Source: a virus (taxonomy: Duplodnaviria; Caudoviricetes). Taken from it: a DNA stretch of 64,000 bases. The notes under the pieces are model-generated. The model worked only from the letters and a program-made list of their open reading frames with translations, had not been told where the DNA came from and made no database searches. Below are positions 10,007 through 21,500 of the stretch, piece after piece. Each line of letters starts with the position of its first letter. Position 1 is the first letter of the stretch. A program made the translations under genes and the position numbers. The stretch covers positions 1,487 to 65,486 of the IMG/VR virus record IMGVR_UViG_3300011947_000003; one strand, given 5' to 3'.

Positions 10007-10328
10007 GTATTTTGGCCGCCACTAAATAACCTTTTTTGAAGGACTTGAATTCACGATCTGCCGCGCCATCTACAAAACATAACTCTACACGATTCCATGA
10101 AGGGGTGATTACGCCATCATATGATTCAAGAAATAATTCCATTAGTTCTGTATCAGATAACTTTAGAATACTTGTGTTTTTATGGGTTGATTCCTTATTT
10201 TCACCCATAAAATCACTAGCATCTTTCGCGGTTTGTTTTGTGGTTTCAATCGCCTTATCCACAATATCACTTAAAACTTTTTTAGTTAGTTGTCCAACGA
10301 TATTATACAACTCTTTATTACTACTCAT
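9999..10328 (-). CDS. hypothetical protein
   Basis: 109-aa ORF coupled to its neighbours. Confidence 0.55.
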   Translation of the reverse strand: MSSNKELYNIVGQLTKKVLSDIVDKAIETTKQTAKDASDFMGENKESTHKNTSILKLSDTELMELFLESYDGVITPSWNRVELCFVDGAADREFKSFKKGYLVAAKIHE

Positions 10329-10795
10329 TTACTTTCTCTCACTATATAAAAGTTGATTTTATCCATAATTCCACTAAAGAATAATATTATTGTCAATACC
10401 ACAGTCGCAATAATAAATGTAAAAAGAGATATATTTTTCATATATTTATCTAATAACCATATTAAGCTGCCAGATATTAGAAAATTTATACATATTTCTA
10501 TAAGTGCATATACTAATGGTTTAAAAATTCCATGTCTGAATAATAATCTAGTTATAAGATAATGTGTATACACATCACTACTTACAAGCATAATATTTTT
10601 GTCACGGATATAATTAAACAACATCTGATGTTTAAGATAGTTATTTTCGCCTTTAAGTTCACCCTTAAAGAAATCCATATTATTTTCTAGAATTTTATAT
10701 AGTAAAATATGATTAGGGGTTGGTTTTTTCTGCCTTTTCAATTCTTCAATTTTAGCATTAGCTTCTTCATATCTTTTACATGCAATTTCATTCAT
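10325..10795 (-). CDS. two-TM membrane protein (paralogue family)
   Basis: Ends DKINFYIVRESK; clear paralogue of 10792..11313. Confidence 0.65.
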   Translation of the reverse strand: MNEIACKRYEEANAKIEELKRQKKPTPNHILLYKILENNMDFFKGELKGENNYLKHQMLFNYIRDKNIMLVSSDVYTHYLITRLLFRHGIFKPLVYALIEICINFLISGSLIWLLDKYMKNISLFTFIIATVVLTIILFFSGIMDKINFYIVRESK

Positions 10796-11313
10796 TTTGA
10801 TTCACTCACAATATAAAAATCTATTTTTTCAAATGGTGATGTAATAAGCAATAATATGAAAATTAAGAACAAAACAAGAATTTGGATTGGAATTATTGAT
10901 TCATGTATAAAGGAAGTTAACCCCATCATTAATATAAATGATATTATTGCATATAGAATCATATAAATGTACCCACATATACTGTTGGTAAATATACCAT
11001 TCTTAAATAGCAACTTCTTTACATCTTTATGATAAAAATCTTTGGTTGAACATGTGTATATTTTTGAATCAATCATAAATTTTAATAGAATTTCATATTT
11101 CGCAAAATTATTAATCCCACTCATTTTTCTCTTGAAAAAATCCATATCAGAAAGTAAGATGTTCATTAGTAATAAATGAGAATCACTTTCAATAGATTCT
11201 TTATCTTTCAATTTTAAAATATTATTTTCAGCTTGTTTAAACAATTCATACTCTTTATCCATATAAAAACACCAACGTCTTAAATGAGTAAGTATAATAT
11301 CATATTCGAACAA
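10792..11313 (-). CDS. two-TM membrane protein (paralogue family)
   Basis: Ends EKIDFYIVSESK; true start probably MDKEYE. Confidence 0.65.
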   Translation of the reverse strand: MFEYDIILTHLRRWCFYMDKEYELFKQAENNILKLKDKESIESDSHLLLMNILLSDMDFFKRKMSGINNFAKYEILLKFMIDSKIYTCSTKDFYHKDVKKLLFKNGIFTNSICGYIYMILYAIISFILMMGLTSFIHESIIPIQILVLFLIFILLLITSPFEKIDFYIVSESK

Positions 11314-11363
11314 ATTTTAGCAAATAAAAAGGCGCATTACGCGCCTAATCATTATAATACTTC

Positions 11364-12131
11364 TTACATGTTTAGTTCATAACATGCAATGATGAAATCC
11401 CGCACCAAACCACTACGAATTACATCTTCAGGCCCATACTCAATAATATCGACATTGTAGTTGCCGTATGATTCCATACGCCGTAAAATCTTCATGAAAT
11501 CAACATAACCAGATTGTTGATCCCCTCTTTTATGTCGCAAATCATTTTGACCATAATCACCAGAAATACATAGTCGAGAATATTCCCCCATTCGAGTAAC
11601 TACCGTTTTCATAATATGTAAATCACAAGACTGGAATTCATCAAACAGAACTAAAGAACGATGAAATGAAAGCCCGCGTAGGTTAGCTGTTGTTCTAAAT
11701 TCAATAATACCTAATGCTTTCAAGTTGGTATATGATCGATTAAACTTGAACATTTCATCAATTAGATGTTCATATGGTTCTTCATAATAAGCTTCCTTTT
11801 CTTCTTCTGTACCTTTCATAAACCCTAAATCGGTACTAGCAGATGCAGTACGAATAATAATGATTTTATCATATTTGGTTGGATCGGAAAGATATAAGTT
11901 CATAAAATTCCACAAAGCAACTGCTGTTTTACCAGTACCAGCAGGGCCAACCTGAATAAGAATGTCTGAATCATTATTGAAAGCAGCATACGCTTTTGAT
12001 TGCGCTTTAGTTTTTGGATAAAACTTGATCAAATCATGTAACGTAAACTTTTTTGGGCCGCCTTGTGCTAATCGTTGTTGATTGCTTACTGACTCAGACG
12101 AAGTATTAAATTTATTTTTAGGTTTTCCCAT
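11364..12131 (-). CDS. phoH: PhoH-like ATPase
   Basis: Walker A GPAGTGKT, LGFMKG, LRGLSF, DEFQ, GDYGQNDL, IRSGLV. Confidence 0.92.
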   Translation of the reverse strand: MGKPKNKFNTSSESVSNQQRLAQGGPKKFTLHDLIKFYPKTKAQSKAYAAFNNDSDILIQVGPAGTGKTAVALWNFMNLYLSDPTKYDKIIIIRTASASTDLGFMKGTEEEKEAYYEEPYEHLIDEMFKFNRSYTNLKALGIIEFRTTANLRGLSFHRSLVLFDEFQSCDLHIMKTVVTRMGEYSRLCISGDYGQNDLRHKRGDQQSGYVDFMKILRRMESYGNYNVDIIEYGPEDVIRSGLVRDFIIACYELNM

Positions 12132-12271
12132 TTAAATCATCCTTTAAAAAACAAAAAAGCAGAACAAAAAATGCCCTGCTTTCTCTGGTTGGTTGTTGCT
12201 TCTGTGTGTGATGTTGGAATTAACATTCTTAACAATCTCACTTCCAAGTTGTTATTAAGGTATAAAAGTAT

Positions 12272-13405
12272 TTATATGGAAAATATATTGTTTTTATCAA
12301 ATACTGTCCGTGTCTTACTCTTACCCAACCCAAAATCTTCTTTTTGCTTCTTCTTTTTCAAAGCTTGCATCTTTTTAAAGATATCAGCAATATGTAATTC
12401 AGCAGTCAATCCCTCATAAGTACAAGATTCCAAATATGATGTGACTTCATCTATTGTCTTATTAGTACCCTTAACATATTCGTTAATATCTTTATAACCT
12501 CTCATTCGATCATCAAAAATCACAACCTTATAGCCATTTTTAATCACTTTCATCAAGAGATCATAGATTACCGTATTGGTTTTAAAATCATTATCAAAAA
12601 CAACTGCTACATCCGAATTTACTTCTTTAATCCTGTTCAATTTGTTGAATATTGATGATCCTGAAGCACACACGGCGTTTTTACAGAACATAGAATCGAA
12701 TGCACCTTCAAATACGTAAACGCGCTGTTTTGGGTTTATATCGGCCAAATTAAAGATGTGGTCAGATGGGTTAACATCATACGTCAGATAGCGAACATCA
12801 GATTTTTTATCAATATTTCGGATTTGGAATGCTTCAAAGTTACCTTTAGTATCGTAATAAGGAATAATTATTCCACGCTTAATATATACTTCTTTATCTT
12901 CATACCCAGCAATACTATGTACGATAGGTTCTAAATTATCCGTGTAATAAAGACATTCAGCCATATGTGTAGGAATTTTACGATCACGCAAATATGACGT
13001 AAATTCATTTACTTCTTTCATGTTAATCTTATGGAATACTTTTAAATCAAATTTTTTAATTTCAGTTTTTACCTTTTGATTTTCTGAAATCTTATCTTTC
13101 ACACGAAACCTTTTATTATACTCCTTTTTTTCATTGAATACTTCAAACTTATATTCAACAAATAATTGGGGTGCGACCTGTTCAATAAATTGATAAAATG
13201 ACATATTTACGGCACAGTTATGACACTTGTAACGCCAATTATCATTCTCGGATTTATAAAAGAATCCACGCGCTTTGGTTCTTGATTTACGAGAATCACC
13301 ACAAATTGGGCAGCGGCAATTATAAGAGTCATTACCAATATCAGTGAATCTTTCAACATACATCCCCATCATTTTGATATAGCGTTCATCTATATAATTA
13401 CTCAT
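12272..13405 (-). CDS. gp61: DNA primase (T4 gp61-like)
   Basis: Zn finger CRCPICGDS...KARG...YKCHNC; TOPRIM FEGAFD and DND. Confidence 0.92.
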   Translation of the reverse strand: MSNYIDERYIKMMGMYVERFTDIGNDSYNCRCPICGDSRKSRTKARGFFYKSENDNWRYKCHNCAVNMSFYQFIEQVAPQLFVEYKFEVFNEKKEYNKRFRVKDKISENQKVKTEIKKFDLKVFHKINMKEVNEFTSYLRDRKIPTHMAECLYYTDNLEPIVHSIAGYEDKEVYIKRGIIIPYYDTKGNFEAFQIRNIDKKSDVRYLTYDVNPSDHIFNLADINPKQRVYVFEGAFDSMFCKNAVCASGSSIFNKLNRIKEVNSDVAVVFDNDFKTNTVIYDLLMKVIKNGYKVVIFDDRMRGYKDINEYVKGTNKTIDEVTSYLESCTYEGLTAELHIADIFKKMQALKKKKQKEDFGLGKSKTRTVFDKNNIFSI

Positions 13406-13427
13406 TTCATCCTCTAATAAAATTTAT

Positions 13428-13466
13428 ACAATATTATTATATATGCAATATTGTGATATTTATCAA
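13428..13466 (-). promoter_or_regulatory. sigma70-like promoter for primase, -10 box inside an inverted-repeat loop
   Basis: TTGATA-17-TATATA; ACAATATT/AATATTGT repeat flanks the -10. Confidence 0.45.
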
Positions 13467-13526
13467 ATGTGCACACACGAAATAATCATCAAATATGTTA
13501 AATACAAATAAAAGGAGATTTTAATC

Positions 13527-13763
<237 letters not shown>

Positions 13764-13846
13764 ATGGTGTTTAACAATGAAATGGAGTTTAATACTCCAT
13801 TTTTTATTACCTAAATATAATTATTAATATTATTATTAACACTCGG

Positions 13847-14272
13847 ATGCATAGAATGTTTAACAAACCAAATTACATTGATGAAAAATATGTTGAAGCT
13901 ACAAATTCTGGATGGATTGATAATCGTACTGGGGAAATTTTAGTTTCTATCCCACGTATGTTAGATCGAATGAAAGAAAAAGGTTTATTTGATGTAAAAG
14001 AAGTAACAAATCAACTAGCCAGTGTACAACCTATCGATACTAAAATCCTTGAACCGTTTTTTGAAAATAAAAGTGAATCCACAGTTGATGAACCAGAAAA
14101 ACAAGATGTGTTAGATGATTTATTAAATATGTTGATCAAAGTTAAAGCCAATAAGGACTTAGTTCCTACTGAAGATAAACCACGGCGTGGTAGACCACGA
14201 AAGGTTAAAGAACCTCAAGAAGAAGGTGTTGTTATCTCTAAACGTCGTGGACGGCCTAAGAAAAACGTATAA
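13847..14272 (+). CDS. late protein, paralogue of 13527..13763 with AT-hook-like RGRP motifs
   Basis: NKPNY...VEATNSGW...EILV; RRGRPRK and RRGRPKK. Confidence 0.65.
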   Translation: MHRMFNKPNYIDEKYVEATNSGWIDNRTGEILVSIPRMLDRMKEKGLFDVKEVTNQLASVQPIDTKILEPFFENKSESTVDEPEKQDVLDDLLNMLIKVKANKDLVPTEDKPRRGRPRKVKEPQEEGVVISKRRGRPKKNV

Positions 14273-14274
14273 TT

Positions 14275-14299
14275 AAAAGGAATCATTTTGATTCCTTTT
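14275..14299 (+). terminator. intrinsic terminator
   Basis: AAAAGGAATCA-TTT-TGATTCCTTTT. Confidence 0.75.
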
Positions 14300-14305
14300 T
14301 TTCGT

Positions 14306-14313
14306 TATAAATA
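14306..14313 (+). promoter_or_regulatory. T4-type late promoter TATAAATA
   Basis: Exact TATAAATA about 30 nt upstream of 14343. Confidence 0.6.
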
Positions 14314-14342
14314 GATTAATACAATAATTATAATAAGAAATA

Positions 14343-14636
14343 TTGATGAAAAAAATATACTCTAAGAAGAAATTGGCCGAAGCCATTCTTACCTCTAATG
14401 TTGATATTTTCATTCCGCCAGATATGTTGATGGATGACCTTGATCACCTGTATAAGATTAAACGGATTATCAAAAAGATTATGAATGGTAATGAACCAGA
14501 CCGTAATGTATTACGTAATCTTGTTATTATTTCCAATAATATATTTCATAATCACATTATTGATATCATTAATCTTATCATGAGTGATGATGAATTGTAT
14601 GTGTTGAAAAAAGAATTAAATGAGATGAAATTCTAA
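14343..14636 (+). CDS. conserved T4-like-phage hypothetical protein
   Basis: DDL..LYKIKRII...RNLVII..NIF pattern recalled from T4-superfamily phages. Confidence 0.6.
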   Translation: MMKKIYSKKKLAEAILTSNVDIFIPPDMLMDDLDHLYKIKRIIKKIMNGNEPDRNVLRNLVIISNNIFHNHIIDIINLIMSDDELYVLKKELNEMKF

Positions 14637-15104
14637 TTCTTTTATGCGTTTAATAGAAAAGTCTTGATACGCAAATACAACATCAAAAGAAATGGCTTCT
14701 GAACTCATTAATGCTGAATTATATTGCCAGCCGTTTACAACTGTCGGAAATGCACCCTGTAGTACAAATGAATATTCAATTGACTTATTTGAATCTAATG
14801 GTTGCACTACTATATCTAGCATTGCATCCAACCAATTTGGTACATTTCTAGCATCAGTATTCCATTTCTTCATTAATTCATAAACATATAAATTTTCATC
14901 AAGTATGAACTGAATATTTATATCATCCCATTCAAATTTATCATCGGGAACTTTGGCACGTGTATCTCTATAGGCTACTTCAATTGCAGATAATTGAGTG
15001 GTTGGAATATTAATACTAACTGCATAAAATTCTAGTTCTGGAAACTTTGGAAAGGTAATTTTAAAATTGGCGCTTAAAGCATTATTATAATTAAGAATTG
15101 ACAT
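14616..15104 (-). CDS. gp3: tail completion / tail-tube terminator protein (T4 gp3-like)
   Basis: NFKITFPKFPELEFY..SINIP...PDDKFEWDDINIQFILDENL..Y..MKKW. Confidence 0.75.
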   Translation of the reverse strand: MSILNYNNALSANFKITFPKFPELEFYAVSINIPTTQLSAIEVAYRDTRAKVPDDKFEWDDINIQFILDENLYVYELMKKWNTDARNVPNWLDAMLDIVVQPLDSNKSIEYSFVLQGAFPTVVNGWQYNSALMSSEAISFDVVFAYQDFSIKRIKELEFHLI

Positions 15105-15150
15105 TACACTTCTCTTTTATTTGTATTTAAAAGAGAAGCGTCTAATATTT

Positions 15151-15582
15151 TTACATGGAAAGCTCTATTGGATCAAGATCAGAAGAAGCTAGTTTACGTT
15201 CTAGTGAGTTGATAACATCTTTTAACTTTTCTCTAACCATAGAAACTGCTTTACGGGCATCAGAATCATCTGCTCTGAAATAGTAGTTCTGATTTAAATT
15301 AAACTGTATAACTGCCATATAACCACATTCATTATATAAAGGGCTAACTTCTACATCACCCTTTACCACTCTCCAATACCAACCAAGATTTTCATGTATC
15401 CGTGGTTGCCAACCATCCCCAAGATACGATGCTAATGCATTAGAATCTGATACAACTTTATCATAAGCAGCTTTTTTACACTTTCCGCCACAAGCTGGTG
15501 AACAATAAATATCACCATTTAATATTGGAGTCCATCTTAAATCGGAATCTAAGGTATTATCACCATGATCATAAGTATTCAT
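15151..15582 (-). CDS. conserved phage hypothetical protein (Cys-containing)
   Basis: WTPI...IYCSPACGGKC...GWQPRIHENLGW. Confidence 0.6.
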   Translation of the reverse strand: MNTYDHGDNTLDSDLRWTPILNGDIYCSPACGGKCKKAAYDKVVSDSNALASYLGDGWQPRIHENLGWYWRVVKGDVEVSPLYNECGYMAVIQFNLNQNYYFRADDSDARKAVSMVREKLKDVINSLERKLASSDLDPIELSM

Positions 15583-15596
15583 ATATTTTAATTCCC

Positions 15597-16169
15597 TTAT
15601 AGCTTATATGGCATAATATAGAATCGCGCATTTGGATATGCTTCCCAATATGCAACAGCTAGACGATTATTGCCAGTAAACGTTATGATAGGATTATCCC
15701 CTTTTCTACCCCGAACAATCTTATTCACTTTGTGTAGAATTTCCAAATACTCAGTATTCAGCTTGACTTCAGCAATCGCTTCAGGTTGAACCTTACGGGC
15801 AAAAGTATTTCGATATTCAACAAATGTACTATCTAAAGGGATAACAACTGTATCACGCATAGTTTTTAATGCAATACTTTTCCCAACTTGATCAACAACA
15901 ATATAACCTTCATTCCCACGAATATTTTTTAATAATTCACTAATGATATGACATGGGATAGTAGCAGCAAAGCAATCTTTTTTCTCGTTTAAATCTGGAT
16001 CATTATCAACATATGCGATATGTCCATTGGTGGCAACTACATCCACACCATTTACATATATGTTACAAAGATAAGATCGAACGCTATCACTATTTGCTAC
16101 ACAAAGTAAAGCTGCTTTTAATGCTTTAATAGAAACCTTCATACTACAACCCTTTGAATCTTCATTCAT
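15597..16169 (-). CDS. DNA polymerase III beta-clamp-like protein (truncated)
   Basis: RSYLCNIYV...VVATNGH, N.EYL and terminal IMPYKL motifs. Confidence 0.6.
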   Translation of the reverse strand: MNEDSKGCSMKVSIKALKAALLCVANSDSVRSYLCNIYVNGVDVVATNGHIAYVDNDPDLNEKKDCFAATIPCHIISELLKNIRGNEGYIVVDQVGKSIALKTMRDTVVIPLDSTFVEYRNTFARKVQPEAIAEVKLNTEYLEILHKVNKIVRGRKGDNPIITFTGNNRLAVAYWEAYPNARFYIMPYKL

Positions 16170-16213
16170 TTCTGTATACCCATATAATAACGTTTTAAAT
16201 CATATTTGTCAAA

Positions 16214-16972
16214 TTAGATATTAAAGTAATCTAATTTAAAAGTATCTCCCTCTCTAGGGTATCCAATTGGATTACAGTGTCCTTTAATATTCCCAATTTC
16301 AAATTTATGATCATGATGGACGTGACCGCAAATCCAGTGTTTAATCTGGTTATTCCCATACAATTCATCAAAACAACGATTCACAAAATAAGCATTAGTC
16401 ATCTGACCTTGGTATCGTGGATGAATCGATTGTTCTGTTGGTGGGAAATGACTCACCACAATGATATCGCTTACCGGATACAAAACCAATGTTTCATACA
16501 AACCTTCAATGAAATCATCATGGAAAATTTCCATTGTATGAAAATTCATACCTATAATTTGGCGAAAATCATTAATTTGTTGGGGGATATCAAACTGTTC
16601 TAATGGTGTCCATTTAGCAGGGTTAGTCCAGAACGTACCACCATAAAATACTACCCCATTAATTTCAACATAATCATTTCGCAAATATTTTAAATTCGAT
16701 GGGGCATCTTTGAGTATATGATATGGTTTTTCACTTTCAAACTCTAAACCATAATATTCATGGTTCCCATCAATCAGGATCACATGTTTAAAACGATCAC
16801 ATAATAATTCCAGAATTTTTTGATGAAAATATGGACTCCATTTTTTATATTCAAAAATATCCCCTGCAAGCACCAAAACATCGGCTTCACAATCATTTAT
16901 TATATGTGGTATATCACGATCAACCTGAAACCAGATGTCGAAATGTGCATCAGAACAATAAGCAACACGCAT
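16214..16972 (-). CDS. calcineurin-like metallophosphoesterase
   Basis: SDAH, LAGDI, GNHEYY, VSHF, CGHVH, NPIGY. Confidence 0.9.
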   Translation of the reverse strand: MRVAYCSDAHFDIWFQVDRDIPHIINDCEADVLVLAGDIFEYKKWSPYFHQKILELLCDRFKHVILIDGNHEYYGLEFESEKPYHILKDAPSNLKYLRNDYVEINGVVFYGGTFWTNPAKWTPLEQFDIPQQINDFRQIIGMNFHTMEIFHDDFIEGLYETLVLYPVSDIIVVSHFPPTEQSIHPRYQGQMTNAYFVNRCFDELYGNNQIKHWICGHVHHDHKFEIGNIKGHCNPIGYPREGDTFKLDYFNI

Positions 16973-17057
16973 TAACTATATTCCCATTTTCACTAATTCT
17001 ATGCATTCCTGTGTAGGTAATGATTCATGTAAGAATCCAACATTATATACTGAATCA

Positions 17058-17258
17058 TCAAATACTAGATGAAGCCTTTAATTCCGATTCGATATATTGA
17101 ACGGGGATGAAATCATGGTTGCGTTTTTCATCAACCTTTTTAGAAAATACTTTTCGCCTTACATCATAGAAGTAAAAGTTTTTGAAATAACGATGATGAT
17201 AATCAACGATTTCTATGGCTCGTTTTGATCCGCCAACAATTGAAATTATACTGTTCAT
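17058..17258 (-). CDS. hypothetical protein
   Basis: 66-aa ORF. Confidence 0.5.
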   Translation of the reverse strand: MNSIISIVGGSKRAIEIVDYHHRYFKNFYFYDVRRKVFSKKVDEKRNHDFIPVQYIESELKASSSI

Positions 17259-17349
17259 ATACTAACCATTTTATTAAATAAGAATAAGTTGAATTATATT
17301 AAATCAAATATCCATGTAAATGCAAATAACTTGAGTAAAGAGGATCATA

Positions 17350-17757
17350 ATGAATTTCATAGGCTACTTAATTGAAAAATTTAAATTCGACAATAATGAA
17401 GTTGAATTAGAGTCGATGCGTAAATTTAAATCAACCTTTGGTGATGATGCATTTAAAGTAAAAGGGTTTAAATTTAAATTCACCAACCATGCAGCCCATC
17501 GATACATAGAACGATTCAAAAATGATTCTAAACTATTTTTATTGGATCAACTTAAAAAAATAGGAACTGAATTACACAGCAGAGATAATGGGTTATACTT
17601 TTTTAAATTGAAAGGTATTGATAAAGGGTTTATTGTTCAGCGCCTAAACAGTAATACCGCCCAAATAATAACTGTTTACGGCGACCAGATGGATAATAAA
17701 AGAAAGTCCACGGAAACAATTATTCTTGAATCTATTTGTATAATTATTGAGATTTAA
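17350..17757 (+). CDS. late protein, RelE/RNase-like HAxxRxxER motif, CTS-like N-terminus
   Basis: MNFIGYLIE start; FTNHAAHRYIERF; IITVY. Confidence 0.5.
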   Translation: MNFIGYLIEKFKFDNNEVELESMRKFKSTFGDDAFKVKGFKFKFTNHAAHRYIERFKNDSKLFLLDQLKKIGTELHSRDNGLYFFKLKGIDKGFIVQRLNSNTAQIITVYGDQMDNKRKSTETIILESICIIIEI

Positions 17758-17998
17758 GAATACTGTAGAGTTCTTCTAACTGTTCATTATTTAACACGTA
17801 ATTCGACGCAAAGAAATGTTCGATACATTCTGTGAACAGTTCAGATAAATCCCCTAAAGACATATCTGAATCGAAATTTTCAACTAATGCTTTGGCTTCA
17901 ATGTCATATTCATCACAAGCATCTGATGCAATACCAACTACGTCAACTTTATTCAAAAATGAGTTTAATTTATTAAATTTGTTCATATCATTACTCAC
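17744..17998 (-). CDS. hypothetical protein
   Basis: 84 aa, contains DEYDIEA. Confidence 0.55.
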   Translation of the reverse strand: MSNDMNKFNKLNSFLNKVDVVGIASDACDEYDIEAKALVENFDSDMSLGDLSELFTECIEHFFASNYVLNNEQLEELYSILKSQ

Positions 17999-18149
17999 AG
18001 TTAGCTAAAGATTTTTTATAGTCTGGATGAATGCCTTGCTTAACCCCATCACAGTATGCTTTAAACTCTACCACATCATTATTATAATCCATATCACCAA
18101 TAATTGCAATCATATACATGATAAAAACAGTTATTGCAATTTTCTTCAT
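17991..18149 (-). CDS. small exported or membrane-anchored protein (not in the ORF track)
   Basis: Hand translation MKKIAITVFIMYMIAIIGDMDYNN...YCDGVKQGIHPDYKKSLANCE; GGGGGA RBS. Confidence 0.6.
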   Translation of the reverse strand: MKKIAITVFIMYMIAIIGDMDYNNDVVEFKAYCDGVKQGIHPDYKKSLANCE

Positions 18150-18211
18150 ATTTGTTTCCCCCCTGTCGATAGAAATAAGATGCCATATATTCTAAGATAT
18201 TGCAAATATGA

Positions 18212-18520
18212 TTATTGATTAATAAATATAAAGCTTCCAACCCTAATAGATACGTATTCATATAAATCTGGTGAAAAATATGTATTTGTAGATTTAGTCC
18301 TTGTTATATTCAACGTATCTGTTGGTACTTTAAAGAATGTAACTACCTTCCCTACTTTTTTAAATCCAGCGGCCCCGATAAATTTTGCAGCTTTTTCGAT
18401 ATTATTTTCAGTTAAGATCATTTCATTATCGTCATACATCGCGAAACTATTCCAATTACAAACATCAAAAAGAAGTGCCGAACTATAAAGCCCAGCACTA
18501 TCATTGTCAAATATGAACAT
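18212..18520 (-). CDS. hypothetical protein
   Basis: 102-aa ORF. Confidence 0.55.
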   Translation of the reverse strand: MFIFDNDSAGLYSSALLFDVCNWNSFAMYDDNEMILTENNIEKAAKFIGAAGFKKVGKVVTFFKVPTDTLNITRTKSTNTYFSPDLYEYVSIRVGSFIFINQ

Positions 18521-18528
18521 ATTTAATC

Positions 18529-21500
18529 TTATGTAATTGTTGCTTTCATAACCGCTATTGACACTTCCCTAAAGATTGAATCTGGATTTCTAGTCACCAA
18601 TGCTGCCGATAAACCTTCTCCAACGCCAGACTTTGATCCGTGTGGGGTTGTTCCATTCATACCACCTGAAGGCATATCGCTTGCAGGTATCACAGTATGT
18701 TGATTGTTTTTCATATTGATATATGCCTTATTCGTTTCGCTTACTACTCCATCCACTTGCTTACGACCCTCATGATCAGGGGATAGTGATGCTGCATCTG
18801 AACTAGGTGATAAACTGATAGAATTCGCTCTAGCAAATGGATTGATGTCGATTTTACCATTTAATATATCTGCTACTGTATTCAGTCCGTAAGTCACCAT
18901 ATCACCCCCATTTTCTTTAGTATCGATAGCGCCTTTTGCAACCTTATAAATACCCCCTAATCCAAGCGGGTTATTTCTTTCCATAATTCCACCCAAAACA
19001 TCGACACCAACTTTTTTCAAATCACCCCCGCCGTTTATTACAGATTCAATCATTCCATAAACATTATTATTGTTTATATTTCCACCAAAAATATTTCCCA
19101 ATCCATTTGAATTACTAGCAACGATACCCCCGCTAGAACCAAATACATCATTCACACCAACGTTTGTAAATGGAGGATTAGATTGATCAATGTTCGCATT
19201 ATTCAATCCACCTGTCACCTGACTTGTTGCAAGCCCCCCTAATGTTTCAAGGCCAAAATCAATTAGAGTTCCTTGTTTATCAGCATTATATACACCTTGA
19301 CCAATGTTGTATAAACCACCTAGCCCAAATGCGCCAAATAGACTACCGAATATATCTGAATACTCCCCCCCAAATAATCTGTCATACCACTTCTTTTTCT
19401 TTTTCTTTTGTGATCCCATGTCATCTTGGCGAACAATACCCCCAAGACTTCCTGCATTACCAAGGTAATCATATGCAACGTCATGTTGTCTTTGAATTCC
19501 ACCAAGGTTCCCTGCTGCATCCAGATAATCAAAAGGAGAATCCTTTTGACGTTGAATTCCACCAAGATTTCCTGCTTCGTCTAAATAATCACGATCTGCA
19601 TTTTTTTGACGCTGAATTTCTTTACTAAACAGTGTTGAACGGTTTACACCTGCTTCACCAAATTTATACTTAAATCCTTTAGTATCTTGATTTTTAATAA
19701 CTGTATTAAAACCATCCATATTAACGGCATCTTTTTTATCATCTAATACATATGGATCAACACCCACTCTATCGAAATAATTAATTGCATCACGTGCCAT
19801 TTGATTATCAAACAAAGCAGCGCCGATAGATGCAACACCAGTAGTTAAGGCATTTTGCATACGATCTATTACAGATTCTTCAGTAACAGAACCTTCAGTA
19901 CCTTCAGCCCCAGCATTTATACCCTTTACATCATCACCATCTATCACGGCTTCTGGTGCACCTATTGCTACTCCATTAGAGAAACCAGATTTCGCGCGAT
20001 ATATGTGATATTGTAGATTTGCATTTGAACTAGGTTGAACAGATGATTGAACAAAGTCAGAAACCCAAACCTTACCAGTCCATATACATACGTGGCCGTA
20101 TCCTGATACCCCTGTAGGGAACCAAGCTATATCACCTTTCTGTAAACCATCTGCTACTCGAACCCATCCAATTGCTGGTAATGATTTCCCCCAATCTCTA
20201 GCATCTCCCATTGGCCCTACTTTTTTAGTAGTATCCCCTGCTTGTATTGCTTCGCGAACATACCTAGCACATTTTTTCTGTGATTTCGGTTTAGCATTTT
20301 GAACCGCAAACTGACACATTTTATCCAAATCATAACGACCTTTGGATTCTACTTTTTTAGTTGATGAATCCACCGACGATTTAGCTTTTGTAGTTGATTT
20401 AGCCGCTGGCGCTGTTTTAGAGTTAGATTTTGATGATGTATTGGCTGCTGGTGCAGGTGATCCGCCCTTACTTTGAGGGCCTTTAGCAACATGAGGACTA
20501 GCCAACATATCTTTATAAATGGCATTTTCATCAGCAATTCGCTGTCTTAATCCCTTCCAATTATTCGGGCTTTTTGAAAAATGAGTTTCTACATTCCGTG
20601 CACGATTATTCATAACACGATCAATGATTTCCTCATCACTCAATGTATTACCATTTCTACCACCCAGTGCCCGTTCCCAAATACCACCAGTTAACCCGCG
20701 ATATTGAACAGACATTGAATAGGCTAATTCTTGAACAGCACGACCACGTTCATTTACCTGAATTCCAGTTTTTTGTTTGATTGATTTAACAACAGGTGCG
20801 TAGTGTGTTCTTTGAATAAAGGCTTCTTGATCCTTTTCAAATTGTTCACCTTTATAGTCGGCAATAGTTCTATATGTTCTATCAAAACTTTCACTGCCGA
20901 TTTTATATTTTCCTAAATCAGCTTTATATTTTTTACCTTCAGAAGAATTTAAAAATTCTCGCATTGTTCCAGACTTAGAACTTAATTGATGTCTACCATA
21001 AGATTTTCCACCATTATCACCCTTACCAGAAGATATAGTTTTCACACCACCTTTGTTGGATTCATATAATGCAGATACAGAACCGAATTTTTTATTCAGG
21101 TCTGATACTGATTTACCCTTTGTATAATTTTTACTTGCAGTCACTCCCCCAGTTGATAAACCGGAATTAGCACCTGTCCCATCATTAATATTACCCCCAC
21201 CTAAACTAAACCATCCTTTTAGCGTAGATGCAATTCTAGAAAGAACGTTTGATGTTGTTTCTGATAACTTTGTAGCTGCTGTTCTGAAAACATTATCTGC
21301 CCCAAATACCCAATCAGTAAATTTTAACCCAAGACTTGTAGTGAATGATATCAATCCAAATGACATTGTTTTAGTCATATCAAGAAAGCTTATATTTGAT
21401 TTCTCAAGTTCCCCAGCCATTTTAGATGTACTATCATTTACCAGCGTAGATGAATCTTTCACCATCTGACCAGCAACAGCGGATTGTTCAGCCGTAGCTA